Assembly (NCBI GenBank): GCA_964016885.1
Contig: OZ024740.1
Span: 63,302,001-63,366,000, forward strand
Direction of reading: 5' to 3'
Length of the DNA: 64,000 nt
Source of the DNA: Eledone cirrhosa
Taxonomy: Eukaryota
In this document: positions 37,982-51,102 of the stretch, one piece after another
Layout of the letters: each line of letters begins with the position of its first letter
Position numbering within the stretch: position 1 is the first letter of the stretch
Position numbers and translations under genes: made by a program
The notes under the pieces: model-generated
The model's input: the letters and a program-made list of their open reading frames with translations, nothing else
Told to the model about the DNA's origin: nothing
The model's database searches: none

Positions 37982-39671
37982 ACTATTCAGCAGAATTCGC
38001 AATATAATCGGCTTGTCTCCCCACAGCCCCGGTGGACAGAATGGTGAAGGTGTTTCCGCGGTGGACGGCAAGGGAGACGCGCTGGAAAAGCCACTCCAAC
38101 TCGCGGGATTCACACCTGCGGCTGGCAAGGGTCAACCGCAAACCTGTCGGAGAGCGACCGGTATTTGAGGAGTTTGGCCCCCTCAGCCCGACGTGCAGCA
38201 GAACCTGGGTTAGTCGCAGACTGCACCAGGTTGCGGCTGGAGAAAGTGTCGGTGCAAGTGGCATCCCAGACGAGGGGTTTGCCACCGCGGAACGGGAAGA
38301 TGGTCATGCCATCTGGCCTTTTGCCATCTTTTCGGTCCAGCCCCACCGGCTCGAGCTGGGAAGGGAAGCCTGCGGCATCCAAGCCATGCTTTATGACCTC
38401 AGTGAGGGCAGCATGGCGTGGAAGGCGGCCGGCACTGTGGCGACAGGAAAGCGGGTGGAGGCCGAAAGAGTCCACGGTGGATCCACAGCGACATTGGTGT
38501 GGCTGGCAGATCCAGAGGCCGAGCCTCAGGGAAACGCCGATTCGCAGGCTATGGTTGTCTAGCTGCATGCCAGTGGAGAATGAGGGCAGAGCATGGAGCC
38601 AGGCACCACTGTGGGGTTTGGAGGCCACACGAAAACAAGCAAGGCGGTGCTGGTCGAGCTGGCGCGTGAGCCTGTCTGAGGCCAGGCTGCACTGGATGGT
38701 ATCCCAAGTGCGTTGGGGGGACTTGACGTCAACAGGGGAAGAAGGAGGAGGGAGTCTACTGGGCTAAGTTCCAGCCGGTCCCACGTCTCACAGGCGGCCT
38801 CACGTTCTCTGAACCCAGAGGGTTTTATTGTGTTTTGGAGAACCCTGCTGACGAGAACGCGGCATGAGGGTACCGACGAAAGAAACGCCGGCAAAGCCAG
38901 TGAGATCGGGGACCGGAGGCCAAGGCCGCCATACCTGACAGGTAAAGTGGCCTGTTGCCATCCAATGCCGTCAAACCTGACGTTGTATATCTCCTCGGCT
39001 GCTGCTCGGATACAAGTATCGAGGTTAGCAAGGAAAGATGCGTGGGTGTAGCACGGAGCACTGCGAAGGGTATAGAGGAGCTTCTGCATGGCGAAGCAGT
39101 TCCTCAACAGAAAGAGAGCTGGGTGGCCATCGATCAAGCCCAGTCGGCTAGTGAGAGTCTGGTGTTGTTGAAGCCTGGACCTAATGGTGTAGCGGATGGC
39201 CGGCGGGTGGATCGGTGACCCGAGGATGAGGACATCCTCTTTAGGTGACACCTGTACCTGGTGGAGAATGGACCGCACGTCCGAGATGGAGGCTGCAAAG
39301 CTCTCAGTATCGTGGCTGATATTCACCACCTCCGACTTGGCCGAGTTACCTGGAGGCTCATTCCCGCCAGGGCAGGAACCACCGATTGTAGGTCATGGCA
39401 GACAGTCTGTATGGGCCCGCCCAACGTAGCATCATCCAGATACCAAACCTTGAGAGGGGCCGTGTTACTCCGAGTGATGTGATCTAAACTAAGGGCAAAT
39501 AGGAGGGGGGCCCAAGGGGTCACCCTGTTGGACCCCAGAGGCCGAAGGTATGACCGTATCAGCAGCAAGGAGCATGCTCGGGGCCCCATACGACAGCGGG
39601 TAGGCAGAGGGGGCTAGGCTGAGGCAGACATCGAGCAGATGGTCCCGGCGTAAGCAGTTAAAGGCATTCCT
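37982..39671 (-). mobile_element. CRE-like non-LTR retrotransposon, 5'-truncated (RT + Zn knuckle + restriction-like endonuclease)
   Basis: NAFNCLRRD, GVQQGDPLGP, WYLDD, QATLPVRYGGLG, SGAWLHALP, C..H.CRCG..VD.FGLH.LSC, RH, DGKRPDGMT.FPF..GKPLVWDATC.DT. Several frameshifts. 3' end abuts (TA)n/(GT)n. Confidence 0.82.
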
Positions 39672-39885
39672 CCGACAGTCGATCGACTTTCGTCAAATCG
39701 GACCGAGGAAACAATGTTTCCTTTGTTCTTTCTAATTGCTAATACTGTCTATCGATCGCAACTCCAGGAAAAAGGAGCAACGTGAAATAAGTGTCTTGCT
39801 CAAGGACATAACGCATCACCACGTCCGGGAATTGAACTAACAACCTCACGATTGCGAATTCAATTCCCTAACTATTCAGCCACGT
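39672..39885 (-). mobile_element. tRNA-derived SINE family B
   Basis: Reverse complement homolog of 35380-35598. Confidence 0.8.
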
Positions 39886-39936
39886 ATATATATACGAATG
39901 AACATGAAGACGGCCTTGTGTTATAATTCAATTTAT

Positions 39937-40016
39937 TACTGTTATGCGCATTTCCACGATGACTGCACATTGTCACAGAATCGTAACTTTGACTGGCATG
40001 GCTTCTTCAGACGGCA
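39937..40016 (-). ncRNA. Type-I hammerhead ribozyme (imperfect stems)
   Basis: Minus strand: tgccgt-CTGAAGA-[long imperfect stem II]-GAAA-TGCGCA-TA-acagta, then aataaa and (TA)n. The upstream region 40047-40246 is an inverted homolog of 37533-37780. Confidence 0.65.
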
Positions 40017-41161
40017 TTTTATTTTTAAGCAGAGGTTACATAAAAGGTTTAGATGCTCGTCACAACATAGATTAGTTGAGTTTGTATACGAGGTTATAAC
40101 TCGAAAAACCTACTTTGACTATTTCCTGTTACATAGAAATGTTGAATTCTTCCACTTTTACTATTTTAATATCCTACCGGAGTTTATATTTATTTTCTCT
40201 TTTTGTCTCAGTAATCTACTTGTCCATCTAAATAGAACTTTTGCTATATAAAGTTGTTGATATGATTAAACGAGAGACCTATGTCCATCGTGTCCTCTGG
40301 TTGCTTACCATATATTTCTATTAATTCGCTAGGGAATAATCATAACATGTATTCTAAAATATAAAGAAAAATATCACATGATCCACATGACAGATGCAAT
40401 GTGTCGGTACACAGAGGAGCCTAACTCCCACTGTCATCGTCTCCATCTATTATATAATAGTAGCATTCTTCTGTTTCGTCAGGCTTCTCCGTGAGCGTGC
40501 TGTCTATATGAGGCTTGGTAGAAGCTGCTATTCCCTATGTAACATGTGTCCTTCTAGATCATGCTATACTTTTATAACTGATTAATCAGTTTGCTTACAG
40601 ATATCTTCCATATTATCCTGGCCACATTCTTGGCAATAAACTATGTTGTGGGGTATACTCCAACACATTAACATGCATGAGTATGTTCTGTTATATCGGT
40701 GTGCATAATTGTGTTAAGAGATAAGTAAATTTATAATTCCATAGAATATGCAGTATTACGTATACGAGGTAAAATAAAATATATTTAAAATAAAATAAGT
40801 TAAAATATGAATAATTGTTTCTACATTTGGCACAAGGCCAGCATGGATAATTTATAAATAATACAATATAGAAAATAAAATGTAATATACAAAAATATAT
40901 ATTAAAAGTACATTAAAAATACACACACACACACACACACACATACACACATACATATATATATATAAACGATATAAATTAATGAAAGTGGTTCTACATC
41001 TCTCTCTATATATATACATATATATAGAGAGAGAGGGTGAGAGTCTGTGACACAGAGACCGGGAAGACCACTAACCATGCGAGTACTCAATGCATGAGGA
41101 GAAGCAGAGTGGGTATAGAGATGGGTAAAATCCCGACCGCGACGCCAATCGCTCGGGATTT

Positions 41162-41274
<113 letters not shown>

Positions 41275-41599
41275 GTATATATATATATAGAATAGAAAAC
41301 GAAAAATCAGTGATGCATCTGAATTCAATTTATTGTGTCTACAATTGTTTCGCCGGCAGACAGCTCGAGACGCGATCATTGTGTGGATCTGTCTGATTCT
41401 GGACCCGCAGGTTCGATGATTTCGGAGCATATTCTCTCGCATGAGAGAATATGCTCCGAAATCATTAGAGGTGTCCGTCGAAGCTGCGGGTCCAGAATCA
41501 GACAGATCCACACAATAATCGCGTCTAGACACACACACAGACACGTATACACACACATACACACACGTATACACACACATATACACATACACACACACA

Positions 41600-41648
<49 letters not shown>

Positions 41649-42322
41649 GTATACGTGTCTGTGCGTGTATGTGCGCATATCCGTATGTGTGTATGAGTGT
41701 ATGTATGTGTATGTCTATATGTATAACACCATCTCCATTGGCTCTCACCTTCCTTCCATCTTTGTCCTACACCACCCCCACAGATACTCCCCACCCTCCC
41801 TATATGTATCCGCACGCGCGCATGCACATACATGTGTGTATATATGCATATGGGCGTGTATGTGTGTATGTAGATATGTGTGGGCGCGGGTGTGCGCGTG
41901 TGTGTGTATGTGGATGTGTTCGTGTGTATATATGTCAATATATGTGCGCATGTATACATATATGTGTGTATGTGTATATATATATATATATAAACGGAAA
42001 AAAATGTTTACAAACACACCGAGCATTATAATAAATGTTTGGTGAATCCATACGTACATATATATATGTGTGCATGTATGTATATATATATACATACTAC
42101 TGTACGTCTGTATACATGTATGTATGTACGTATACATACTTATATTTAAGTAACAGCCGTACTAAGAGTGGGAAATGAAATTTCGTTTCATTTTTTCCGT
42201 TTATCGTTTTCGGTGCACCCGGCCGATTAACTCACTCGATATGCAAATTGGGCTACTCAGCTGTTAATATGCATAAGGAAAGTATATACTTTCGGACGTT
42301 CAACTATCTGGCAGGAAGGTAT

Positions 42323-42365
42323 ACGTTGCTGACGATAGCTAACAAGCTTGAAACTAGTACAGCGT
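42323..42365 (+). ncRNA. Minimal type-I hammerhead ribozyme
   Basis: acgttg-CTGACGA-tagct aaca agctt-GAAAC-ta-GTA-cagcgt. Stem III is the palindrome ACTAGT. Confidence 0.9.
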
Positions 42366-42572
42366 TCCTTTGTCAGTGTTGAACAAACGAGCAACGGTGG
42401 TTGCTAGACACTACGGCTTAATACGGGATGTTTGTTTACAAACACACCGAGCATTATAATAAATGCTTGGTGGATCCATACGTACATATATATATATATG
42501 TGTGCATGTATGTATATATATATATACATACTACTGTACGTCTGTATACATATATGTATGTACGTATACATA

Positions 42573-42656
<84 letters not shown>

Positions 42657-42667
42657 TATATACAACG

Positions 42668-43330
42668 TATTTGTCAGACGAAGAGCGTCTAGCTATTTAT
42701 CTCCGCAAGGACTCGACACCACCAATACATCCACACCACCACAAACGCCACTACCATATACAACAACACCACTACCACACCCCCACACACGCCAACCCGT
42801 CTACCAACAATCCACTAACCTCATACCACAGCCCATCCCAGTAAGCGACCATAACCACCATATTATCATCACATCCACCCTACATACTCTACAGGCCAAG
42901 GCCAACCCACCACCACCACACCACAGCCCATCACATCCACCGAGCGTCACCAACATCTCACCATCACATCCACCCCATATACACTACAGGCCAGTACATC
43001 CCGTTGATCCTTCCCACCAATCAAAACAACTCATTTTGTCAAACTCTTGAAATCCTGACTTTACCACATAGCATGTATTTCATTTTCTTATAGCATTTTA
43101 AAAGGGTCCGTCGAGCTGCCGATTATTGAGTCGGGTAGGGTCGAACCTTGAGCTGATCAATGGCGAAACGCGCGTCACCTATTAATAAATGTAATGAAGG
43201 TGTAATCAATCGTTCTTGTTATCCTTTCAATATATTACACTCTGTATAGCTCTACACCTCATCACAGAAGTGAACCTAAACATTGAGCGCTCTCCCGGGT
43301 GAACCTGCAGTAACTCCGAGTTACACCCCC
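42668..43330 (+). mobile_element. PLE 3' end with degenerate hammerhead (43104-43180)
   Basis: YLSPQGLD (PLE P.GLN-like terminus), CA-rich UTR, gggt-CCGTCGA...tggc-GAAAC-gcgc-GTC-acct, aataaa, then (TA)n. Confidence 0.55.
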
Positions 43331-43331
43331 T

Positions 43332-43366
<35 letters not shown>

Positions 43367-43561
43367 TTTTATATAAAATATTTATTTAAAAATAATAAAA
43401 CTATACAAGCACACATCGTACAACTCTGCAATATACATGCAAAGTTCAATATGGATTCACCAAACATGAATATTTCAAACTTATTTCGAAAAAAATATAT
43501 ACTTTTTACAAAACACAGAGTTTATCAAATATGGACAGTCATACATTATTCCGGGGAATAA

Positions 43562-45295
43562 CACTGTGTAACATAATTTTTGTTCCCCGGTTCTAAATAT
43601 CATTTCCTGGTTTGTTATATCCCATTATTATTTTTAAAAAACACTATTATTTAATCAAAAGTTTGGGTTTGGGGTCAAGAGTTTGATATTTCGAAATTTT
43701 CATATTTTTCAAGAAAAAACACATTTAAAAAAAATTTATCAGTTCATATAATTAATCAACAGAGTATATATTTATTTTATTACACAAGCTTATCAAAAGC
43801 AAACAAGTAAAAACAAATAACACTTATAAAGCAACTTATACACGTCAGAAATGACTGGATTTGCTGGATTTGCGGTTGTAGTCCAGATCGCATTCCCGCA
43901 CTAGCCGCCAGATATAGTCCAAAAATCATTTTTTCATTGTAGTGGCCCTGGTATCTCCGCTCTATCTCTTTCACATCTTGGTGGAATCGTTCGCCTTGTT
44001 CTTCTGAGTAGGCGCCCATATTGTCCTTGAATTTTTCCAGGTGAGTGTCCAGCATATGGAGTTTAAGCGACATCCTGCATCCCATAGCGCCAAAAGCCTT
44101 TATCAGATCCTACACCAGTTGCTGGTAGCTTTCAGCTCTGTAGTTGCCCAGTAAGCCCTTAACAACTGCCTTGAAACAGTTCCATGCTGTTCTCTCAATC
44201 CTATTGAGCTTATTGGAGAACTCGGTAGACTCAAACACCTTCTTTATCTGAGGTCCAACAAAAATTCCACCTTTGATTTAGGCCTCAGATAACTTGGGGA
44301 AGAACTCAAGAAGGTACTTAAAAGCGGTTGGTTCTTGGTTGAGAGCCTTCATAAACTGCTTCATCAACCCCAACTTAATGTGCAGTGGCGGCATGAGCAC
44401 AATCCTGGGATCAACCAGTGGCTCCCACATGACGTTCCGGGTCCCAACTACAAATTCTGTTCGCTGCTCCCAGTTCTTTCTTTTGTAGTGGTCAGAGGTG
44501 GCTCTGCTGTCCCAAAGGCAGAGGAAGTATTGGAATTTGATGAAGCCTCCTTGGAGTCCAAGCAGGAAAGCCACCATCTTGAATTCTCCAATGATTTCCC
44601 AATTGTACTGGTTGTATTGCAGAGCTTCCAAGAGGACGTTCACACTGTAGTAATCTTCCTTCAGGCAGACTGAATGAGCTAGGGGCAGTGTCGGGAACTT
44701 GTTTCCATTATTGTGGAGGACAGCCTTCAAACTTGTGGTGGAGCTGTCTATAAATAGCCGCCACTCCTTGGGCACAAACGGCACCCCAATAACGTCAAAC
44801 AGTCCAGGCACGTCATGGCAGAAGCAGAGGCCATTCCTAAGAGTGTAAAAGCCTGAGAAAGGTTCGTGTCGACTTCTCTGACTTGTCACCTGCACTTCCT
44901 CCTTGACCAAGTTCCACTGCTTCATCCTGGAGACGAATGCTTAAAACACAACTTACCCTTTATTCAGAGTGCGAAAATCCAGTATCAATAAATCTCTTTA
45001 ATCCACTTTTTAACAATTTTATAATTTATTGCACTTTTATAATTTTCTTTAGGTATTACTCTTTATTTTATAATTTTAATTTAACCTGAAACATATATTA
45101 AAAAAATCATTTAACATAAGCAAATTAAACTTACATACAACGTAAAATACAGCATACAAATAATTCTGGTGAATAGCTTAGAATTTTTACAAACCCAAAC
45201 TTTTAACTGTTTAATAGCACTTTTTATATTTTGGGGACCTAAGCAACACAAAAAAAAGCCAGGAACAGCGAAAAAAAATTTTTTGTTACACGGTG
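43562..45295 (-). mobile_element. Chapaev3 (CMC) DNA transposon, internally deleted
   Basis: TIRs cactgtgtaaca / tgttacacggtg with TAA TSDs. Transposase motifs WRLFIDSS..SLKAVL..NGN, PPLHIKLGLMKQF, GC.MSLK.H.L..HL, SEEQGERFHQD. Confidence 0.85.
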
Positions 45296-45352
45296 TAATT
45301 GGTAATACTTTAGGGTAGCCAAAGTTGATAAGGGACGGAAATACTTATTACA

Positions 45353-45475
45353 AATAATTGTTTCTACTTTTGGCACAAGGCCAGCAATTACCCAGTACAA
45401 TACTGGTACTTTATTTTATCGACCCCGTAAGCATGAAAGGCAAAGTTAACCTCCGCGGAATTTGAACTCAGACCA
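45353..45475 (-). mobile_element. SINE family A (5'-truncated)
   Basis: Reverse complement of the core and tail. Confidence 0.85.
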
Positions 45476-46299
45476 TAAATAATTATTCAATATTAGACGC
45501 TATATCAAGGTTTACTTTATAGTAGTGAGTATAAAAAGTGTTTGTGGTTGGTATGAGTTAATCTATTGGAAGTAATCTGTTAATTTTATGCGGTATTGTG
45601 CTTTCCATTTAAAAAGATCTACGTCACAATTTCCGTTTAAACGTCATTTAGTGTACTGTCTACAAAGATATACACATTCGCACAAAAACATGGAGGAACA
45701 ATAATACATAACGACATACATACATCTTAAAAGCTACGTTGGCGGCTTTCATTAGTATTTAGGAAATATGGCTAGGATTAATTTATTTGACTACTATCTA
45801 TAGATTTTCAATACGGTTTTAGATAGTTTGTACTAAAACAATATGTTCTATTATTTACATGAGACCCATTTCCAAGTATTTCCATAGCTACCGTTATGCA
45901 TTAACTGCAGATATCCTATCTACTTCTGCATGGGTGTGCTGATCTAATCTTCGACCACGACAAAAGGGTTTTAAAGTGAAGACAGATGTATGTATGTATG
46001 TATGTATGTATGCGTCTATGTATGTGTGTATGTGTGTATGTATGTATGTGTGTATGTATGTATGTATGTCTGCATGCATGTATGTATGTGTGTGTATGTA
46101 TGTGTGTACGTATGTATGTGTGTATGTATGTGTGTATGTATGTATGTGTGTGTGTGAGTATGTATGTGTATATGCGTGTCAAAGTATTCGTCTCTGCGTA
46201 CCGGTCTAACAACGATAAAATAAAATACTGCCGTATGCTATAAACTTTGTGTGCGGGTATATGTATAACAAAATACTGCGTTGTATGAATATAACAAGA

Positions 46300-46675
46300 C
46301 ACCTAGGTTGTGTGTATAAAGTTTAATTAACATGGTTGAGTTATGTAGTGCAGAATTGTTGACATGTCAAGAGTAGATGAAAGAATGAAGTAAAGTTATT
46401 TGTTACCGTTTTGAAGTGAGCTCGCAAGAGACCATGTTCAGGGTTGCCAGAGAGTATACCCTCGGCGGGGCGGAACGCGCCTGGCCGAAGGCCAGCAGCC
46501 GAAAGGGCAAATGAGAGGGAGACAGCTTTGAGCTGTCCCTTTTATATGGTCCCTGGACGGAAAGGCAACCACAACGGGAAGTAACACCAGCTACTTCCTG
46601 TCTAGAGAGCGTTACTCTACTGGTGATGTGATCGTCACAACAAGGGAGGCAACTCTTGCTACATTATCTCCCGCC
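46300..46675 (-). mobile_element. Possible LTR remnant preceded by a purine tract
   Basis: Minus strand: ggcgggagataa-TGTAGC... with a tataaaa box. The distal end is not resolved. Confidence 0.35.
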
Positions 46676-48228
46676 AGATTTTTAAAACATAAAAATCGAA
46701 TGAACTATGTATGAAGTAAGATGGCGAGCATGTTGTAACACCAAAGTCCAGGCATGAAAATTACGAAAGAAATAATGTTTGCAATAAAAGCAAAACAGCA
46801 AAATATAAGCATGCAAAAATTAATGATAGATATCAAGGTAGCCAACCGCTCTTGGCCAGAGAACGACTGGACATCTATCTATCCATCACACAAAGATACA
46901 ATGTAATCAAAAGAAGGGGTCAAAAGAGCAAGGAAACGCGCTCGAATACAGTTATTAAAGAAAAAATTCAAATGTTCAAAAATAAAGTTCACAGGTGTGC
47001 AATCACATGACAGCAGGAAAGAAAGTGTGTCCTCCAGAGAATGTATGCAGGTGGTCTCTAGACTGTGGTACAACGTGAAATTCGGTGGGATTTTCTCACA
47101 GGAAGAGTGCTGCAAAATTAAATTCTCTGTTTTGTTCTGCTGGTTTTGGTTGTTGATGTTGTCTCGCGGAGTGAGCCTATTCGTTGTTTAAATTTACAGT
47201 ACAAAGTTTCCCAGAAAAAAAATGAGTTGCGCAAAGTGCTAGAAATAACAGCCAAAGTTGATGGTCGATGTTGAGAATGCGTTGACCTGGAAGGGTCAAG
47301 AGGCCAGCAACCAAAGAAATAAGCATTCTGAATAAATGCGCAGTTTTCAACGGCAAATTTACGTGGTAAATTTTTAAACCGGCAAATAGGAGAATATAGC
47401 TTAAAGCTGGAGAATTCTTGGCAAGAAACATTATCTATGGCGTGTGTTATCTCAGTGAGTCGAGATGTGTACTGCCCACACGTGCCGAAACAAGGTTAAA
47501 GTCAAGGTTAAAATCATATTTCTATTGCGCGAGAAAATGATAGTGCAACAGGTCGTTGGCAGCCATTTTGAAAAACTTGTGTGTGAACGTGATATGATGA
47601 AAAAGAAAGAAAGGCTTCACTTGGTATAACAAATATGGCGAGTTCAATTTTTGTGAACGATGAAAAAGGCTTGGTGGAAAGAATAAGCAATAGTTGAGAT
47701 TCAGCAAAAATAAATGTTCATGTTGAAATGTGTAAAAAAAAAAAATCAAATTTCTTTTTTAAATGTTCGTTGTAAGAAGAAACGAAAAAGATATATATAC
47801 ATCCAGTGAAATGCGACACATAGTTGATGTACGACACGTGCGTGAAAGGCAAAATTTTCTGTTTATTTTGCTTGCTGAGGAAAAATTTCTTTTTTTTTTT
47901 CTTTTTTGATGTGTTCGTTATAAGACAGTGTATGCGGAGAGAAATCCATATCTAAGGAGGTCGGAGGGATTTCTTAGTCCGAAAAAAAATATCACGTTAG
48001 GTGAGAGAAAAAGAGTCTGTCTGAACGAGAATTTCACATGTGCGTGTGTTCGTTTCTGTGTCTGCGTATTTTTCCTAGTTTGTTAATAAAGTTTGCTGCG
48101 TGTTCGAAATGTTGGTCCACACATTCCAACGAAAATGGGGTACTGCTAATTAATTTTCTTTTTTCCATACTCACACAACACCAGATCCTGTTTTTTGTTT
48201 TTTTTTCGGGGTCACCACAAGGGGTTAA

Positions 48229-48440
48229 TGTACAGCCACCGGAAATAACATCTGTGAAATATACAGCTCCATCTATCTGTTAGCTAGCTACCTCACCGTG
48301 AAACCAACAATCCTTAGAATCCACCAGAATAAATGCCTACACAGCGACTAAACATCAAATGATTATTTCTGTATAAATAGTGGTCCCAAACACTTTCGCC
48401 AGTCGACATTTGGCAGAGTCAACCCGTGTATCGTTGTTCC
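48229..48440 (+). mobile_element. Truncated LTR copy preceded by PPT-like aaggggttaa
   Basis: Inverted near-identical copy of 48646-48859. Confidence 0.6.
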
Positions 48441-48515
48441 GATCCGAGAATAGCCCTTAAAAGGACTGTTATCGCATACGGTCTGATCGTATCTGAAGAT
48501 AGCCCTTAAAAGAAC

Positions 48516-48859
48516 TGTTGTCACATATGGTAAGGATGAACAGACGAAAGCACAAGTTGAAAGGACGAAGCAAGCTGTTTATTTTCACATGAAGCGACGA
48601 TACAAGGTACAAGGCGTGTGTGAGTGACAAGTGTGGCAGGGGCGAGGAACAACGATATGCGGGTTGACTCTGCCAAATGTCGACTGGCGAAAGTGTTTGG
48701 GACCACTCTATTTATACAGAAATAATCGTTTGATGTTTAGTCGCTGCGTAGGCGTTTATTCTGGTCGGTTTTAAGGATTGTTTGTTTCACGGTGAGGTAG
48801 CTAGCTAACAGATAGATGGAGCTGTATATTTCACAGATGTTATTTTCGGTGGCTGTACA
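48516..48859 (-). mobile_element. Complete ~344-bp LTR (TG...CA, TATA, AATAAA)
   Basis: Minus strand: TGTACAGCC...tataaatag...aataaa...tgtgacaACA, followed by gttcttttaagggctat. The same motif is repeated at ~48447-48470. Confidence 0.6.
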
Positions 48860-48984
48860 TATGTATGTTTGCTCATGTCTGTTTGTGTGTATGTGTGTGT
48901 GTATGGGTGTGTGTGTGGGTATGTGTGTGTAGGTATGTGTGTGTGTGCGTGTGTATGTGTGTATGTATATATATATATGCGTAT

Positions 48985-49038
<54 letters not shown>

Positions 49039-49231
49039 ATGTATGTGTGTGTATGTGTGTATGTGTGTATGTGTGTGTATGTTTGTGTGTGGGGGGTAGG
49101 TATGTGTGTGTATGCGTGTGGGTATATATATGTTTGTTCATGTCTGTTTGTGTGAAAGTGTGTGGGTATGTGTATGTGTATGTGCGTGTATGTATATATG
49201 TGTGTGTGTGGATGTGTGTGTGGATATGTGT

Positions 49232-49312
<81 letters not shown>

Positions 49313-49735
49313 TGTGTGAGTGTATGCGTGTGTGTGTATATGTGTATGTGTGTGTATGTGCGTGTGTGTGTGTGCGTGTGTGTGTGTGCATGTGTGTGTA
49401 TGTGTGTATGTGCGTGTGTGCGTGTGTGAGTGTACGCGTGCGTGTGTATGTATGTGTGTGTGTGTGTATGTGTATGTGTGTGTGTATGTGTGCGTGCGTG
49501 TATGTATGTGTGTGTATGTGTGCATGTGTGTGTGAGTGTGTGTGTGTATGCATGTGTGCGTGCGTGTATGCATGTGTGTGTATATGTGTGTGTGTATGTG
49601 CGTGTGTGTGTGTGTATGTGTCTGTATGTGTGTATGTGCGTGTGTGCGTGTGTGAGTGTACGCGTGCGTGTGTATGTATCTGTGTGTGTGTATGTGTGTG
49701 TATGTGTGTATGTGTGTGTGAGTGTGTGTGTGTCC
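48860..49735. repeat. Compound (GT)/(GTAT)/(AT) microsatellite
   Basis: Direct sequence. Source of many spurious ORFs. Confidence 0.95.
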
Positions 49736-50580
49736 GTGCATATCTAGAAGAAAACTGTAACAAGACAACATATCGTACAATATAAATTGCCAGCAAGCAG
49801 TTATGTTAATATAGTGTCAAATATCAATGATAAAATAATTGTTTCTACTTTTGGCACAAGGCCAGCAATTAAAATAATATCAGCGAATGAAGGTGTACAA
49901 GACAAGGAGCTAATCGTCAGATCTGACCAAGTAAATTATACTTCCACTGGCGTTTGCATTGTTAATACTAGAAATCAAAGCAAATGAAACATTTGTAGAA
50001 GAATGCATAAGACTAGTGATGGGAAGCTTTATACTTTTATTCTTTTACTGGTTTCAGTCTTTAAACTGCAGCCATGCTGGGGCACCACCCTGATTTTCGA
50101 GTCTGGTATATATTTTATCGACATAAACACAGACACAGACATAAACATAAGCATAGACATGGACACACACACACACACATACATGATGATGGCTTCCCCC
50201 TCGTTGTCGAGTATGGCCATTGCACGATGTACCATTATTATGGCTGTGCATGAAGATATTTTTAAAGTGAGGAGAGACTGTGCACTGAGCCAATCCCACT
50301 CTCTGAGCGACAGTAGCTATAACCCGAAAAGAAGAAAAGATCAACATCATCGGTAACTACTGAGCCGCAGGTTTTATATCAGAGTTATCCCAGTTTCCTG
50401 AGTTGCCTTCTCCTAGAAGAATACCCTGACAAAGGCTAGGGATCCTTCACTCCAGGTGGTTTAACCGCGCGATACATGTGTATATACATATTTACAGACT
50501 TTCGGATGGCCGTTGACCCTTATGAGTTCTTCCGCTCTTTGTCAGGTTTTGTTTTTTGTCCTGCAGGGTGTCCAAAATCA

Positions 50581-51070
50581 CATACATACATACATACATA
50601 CATACATACATACATACATACATACATACATACATGCATACATGGTGGCTGCCAACTCGTTTTCGAGTACGGCTACTACTTTATATGTAGGAGAACCCCT
50701 ACCGATGCGCTGAACGAGTGTGACTTTTTAGTCCAGCCTGCGACTTGAAAACTCTGGTAGGTACAAACACTACACTTGTGACAATTATTGACACATAGTG
50801 CTGGGCCCATGGTACCCTGTGACGACAAGTGTAGAGAGATCTCCAGATATAAAGCAATGCCTGTGCCGTGAAGCTTTTATAGTGAGCAAAGGCACTGCAC
50901 AAAGCCAGTCCCACTCTCTTAACCAAGATGATATTTACCAAAAAGAAGAACAAGTCAACATCATTGGATACCATCAGGGTTGCAGGTGTTATATCAGAGT
51001 TTTCCTTCTCCTAGAATTCTGCCCTGACAAAGGCTAAGGGGTCATCTCTCCCAGGTGATTTTGGATGGCC
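50581..51070 (-). mobile_element. Non-autonomous RTE-derived element, second copy
   Basis: Near-identical to 34657-35170. A more diverged leader copy lies at 50375-50580. Confidence 0.75.
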
Positions 51071-51102
51071 ATACATACATAACTCATACCTATATATATA
51101 TA

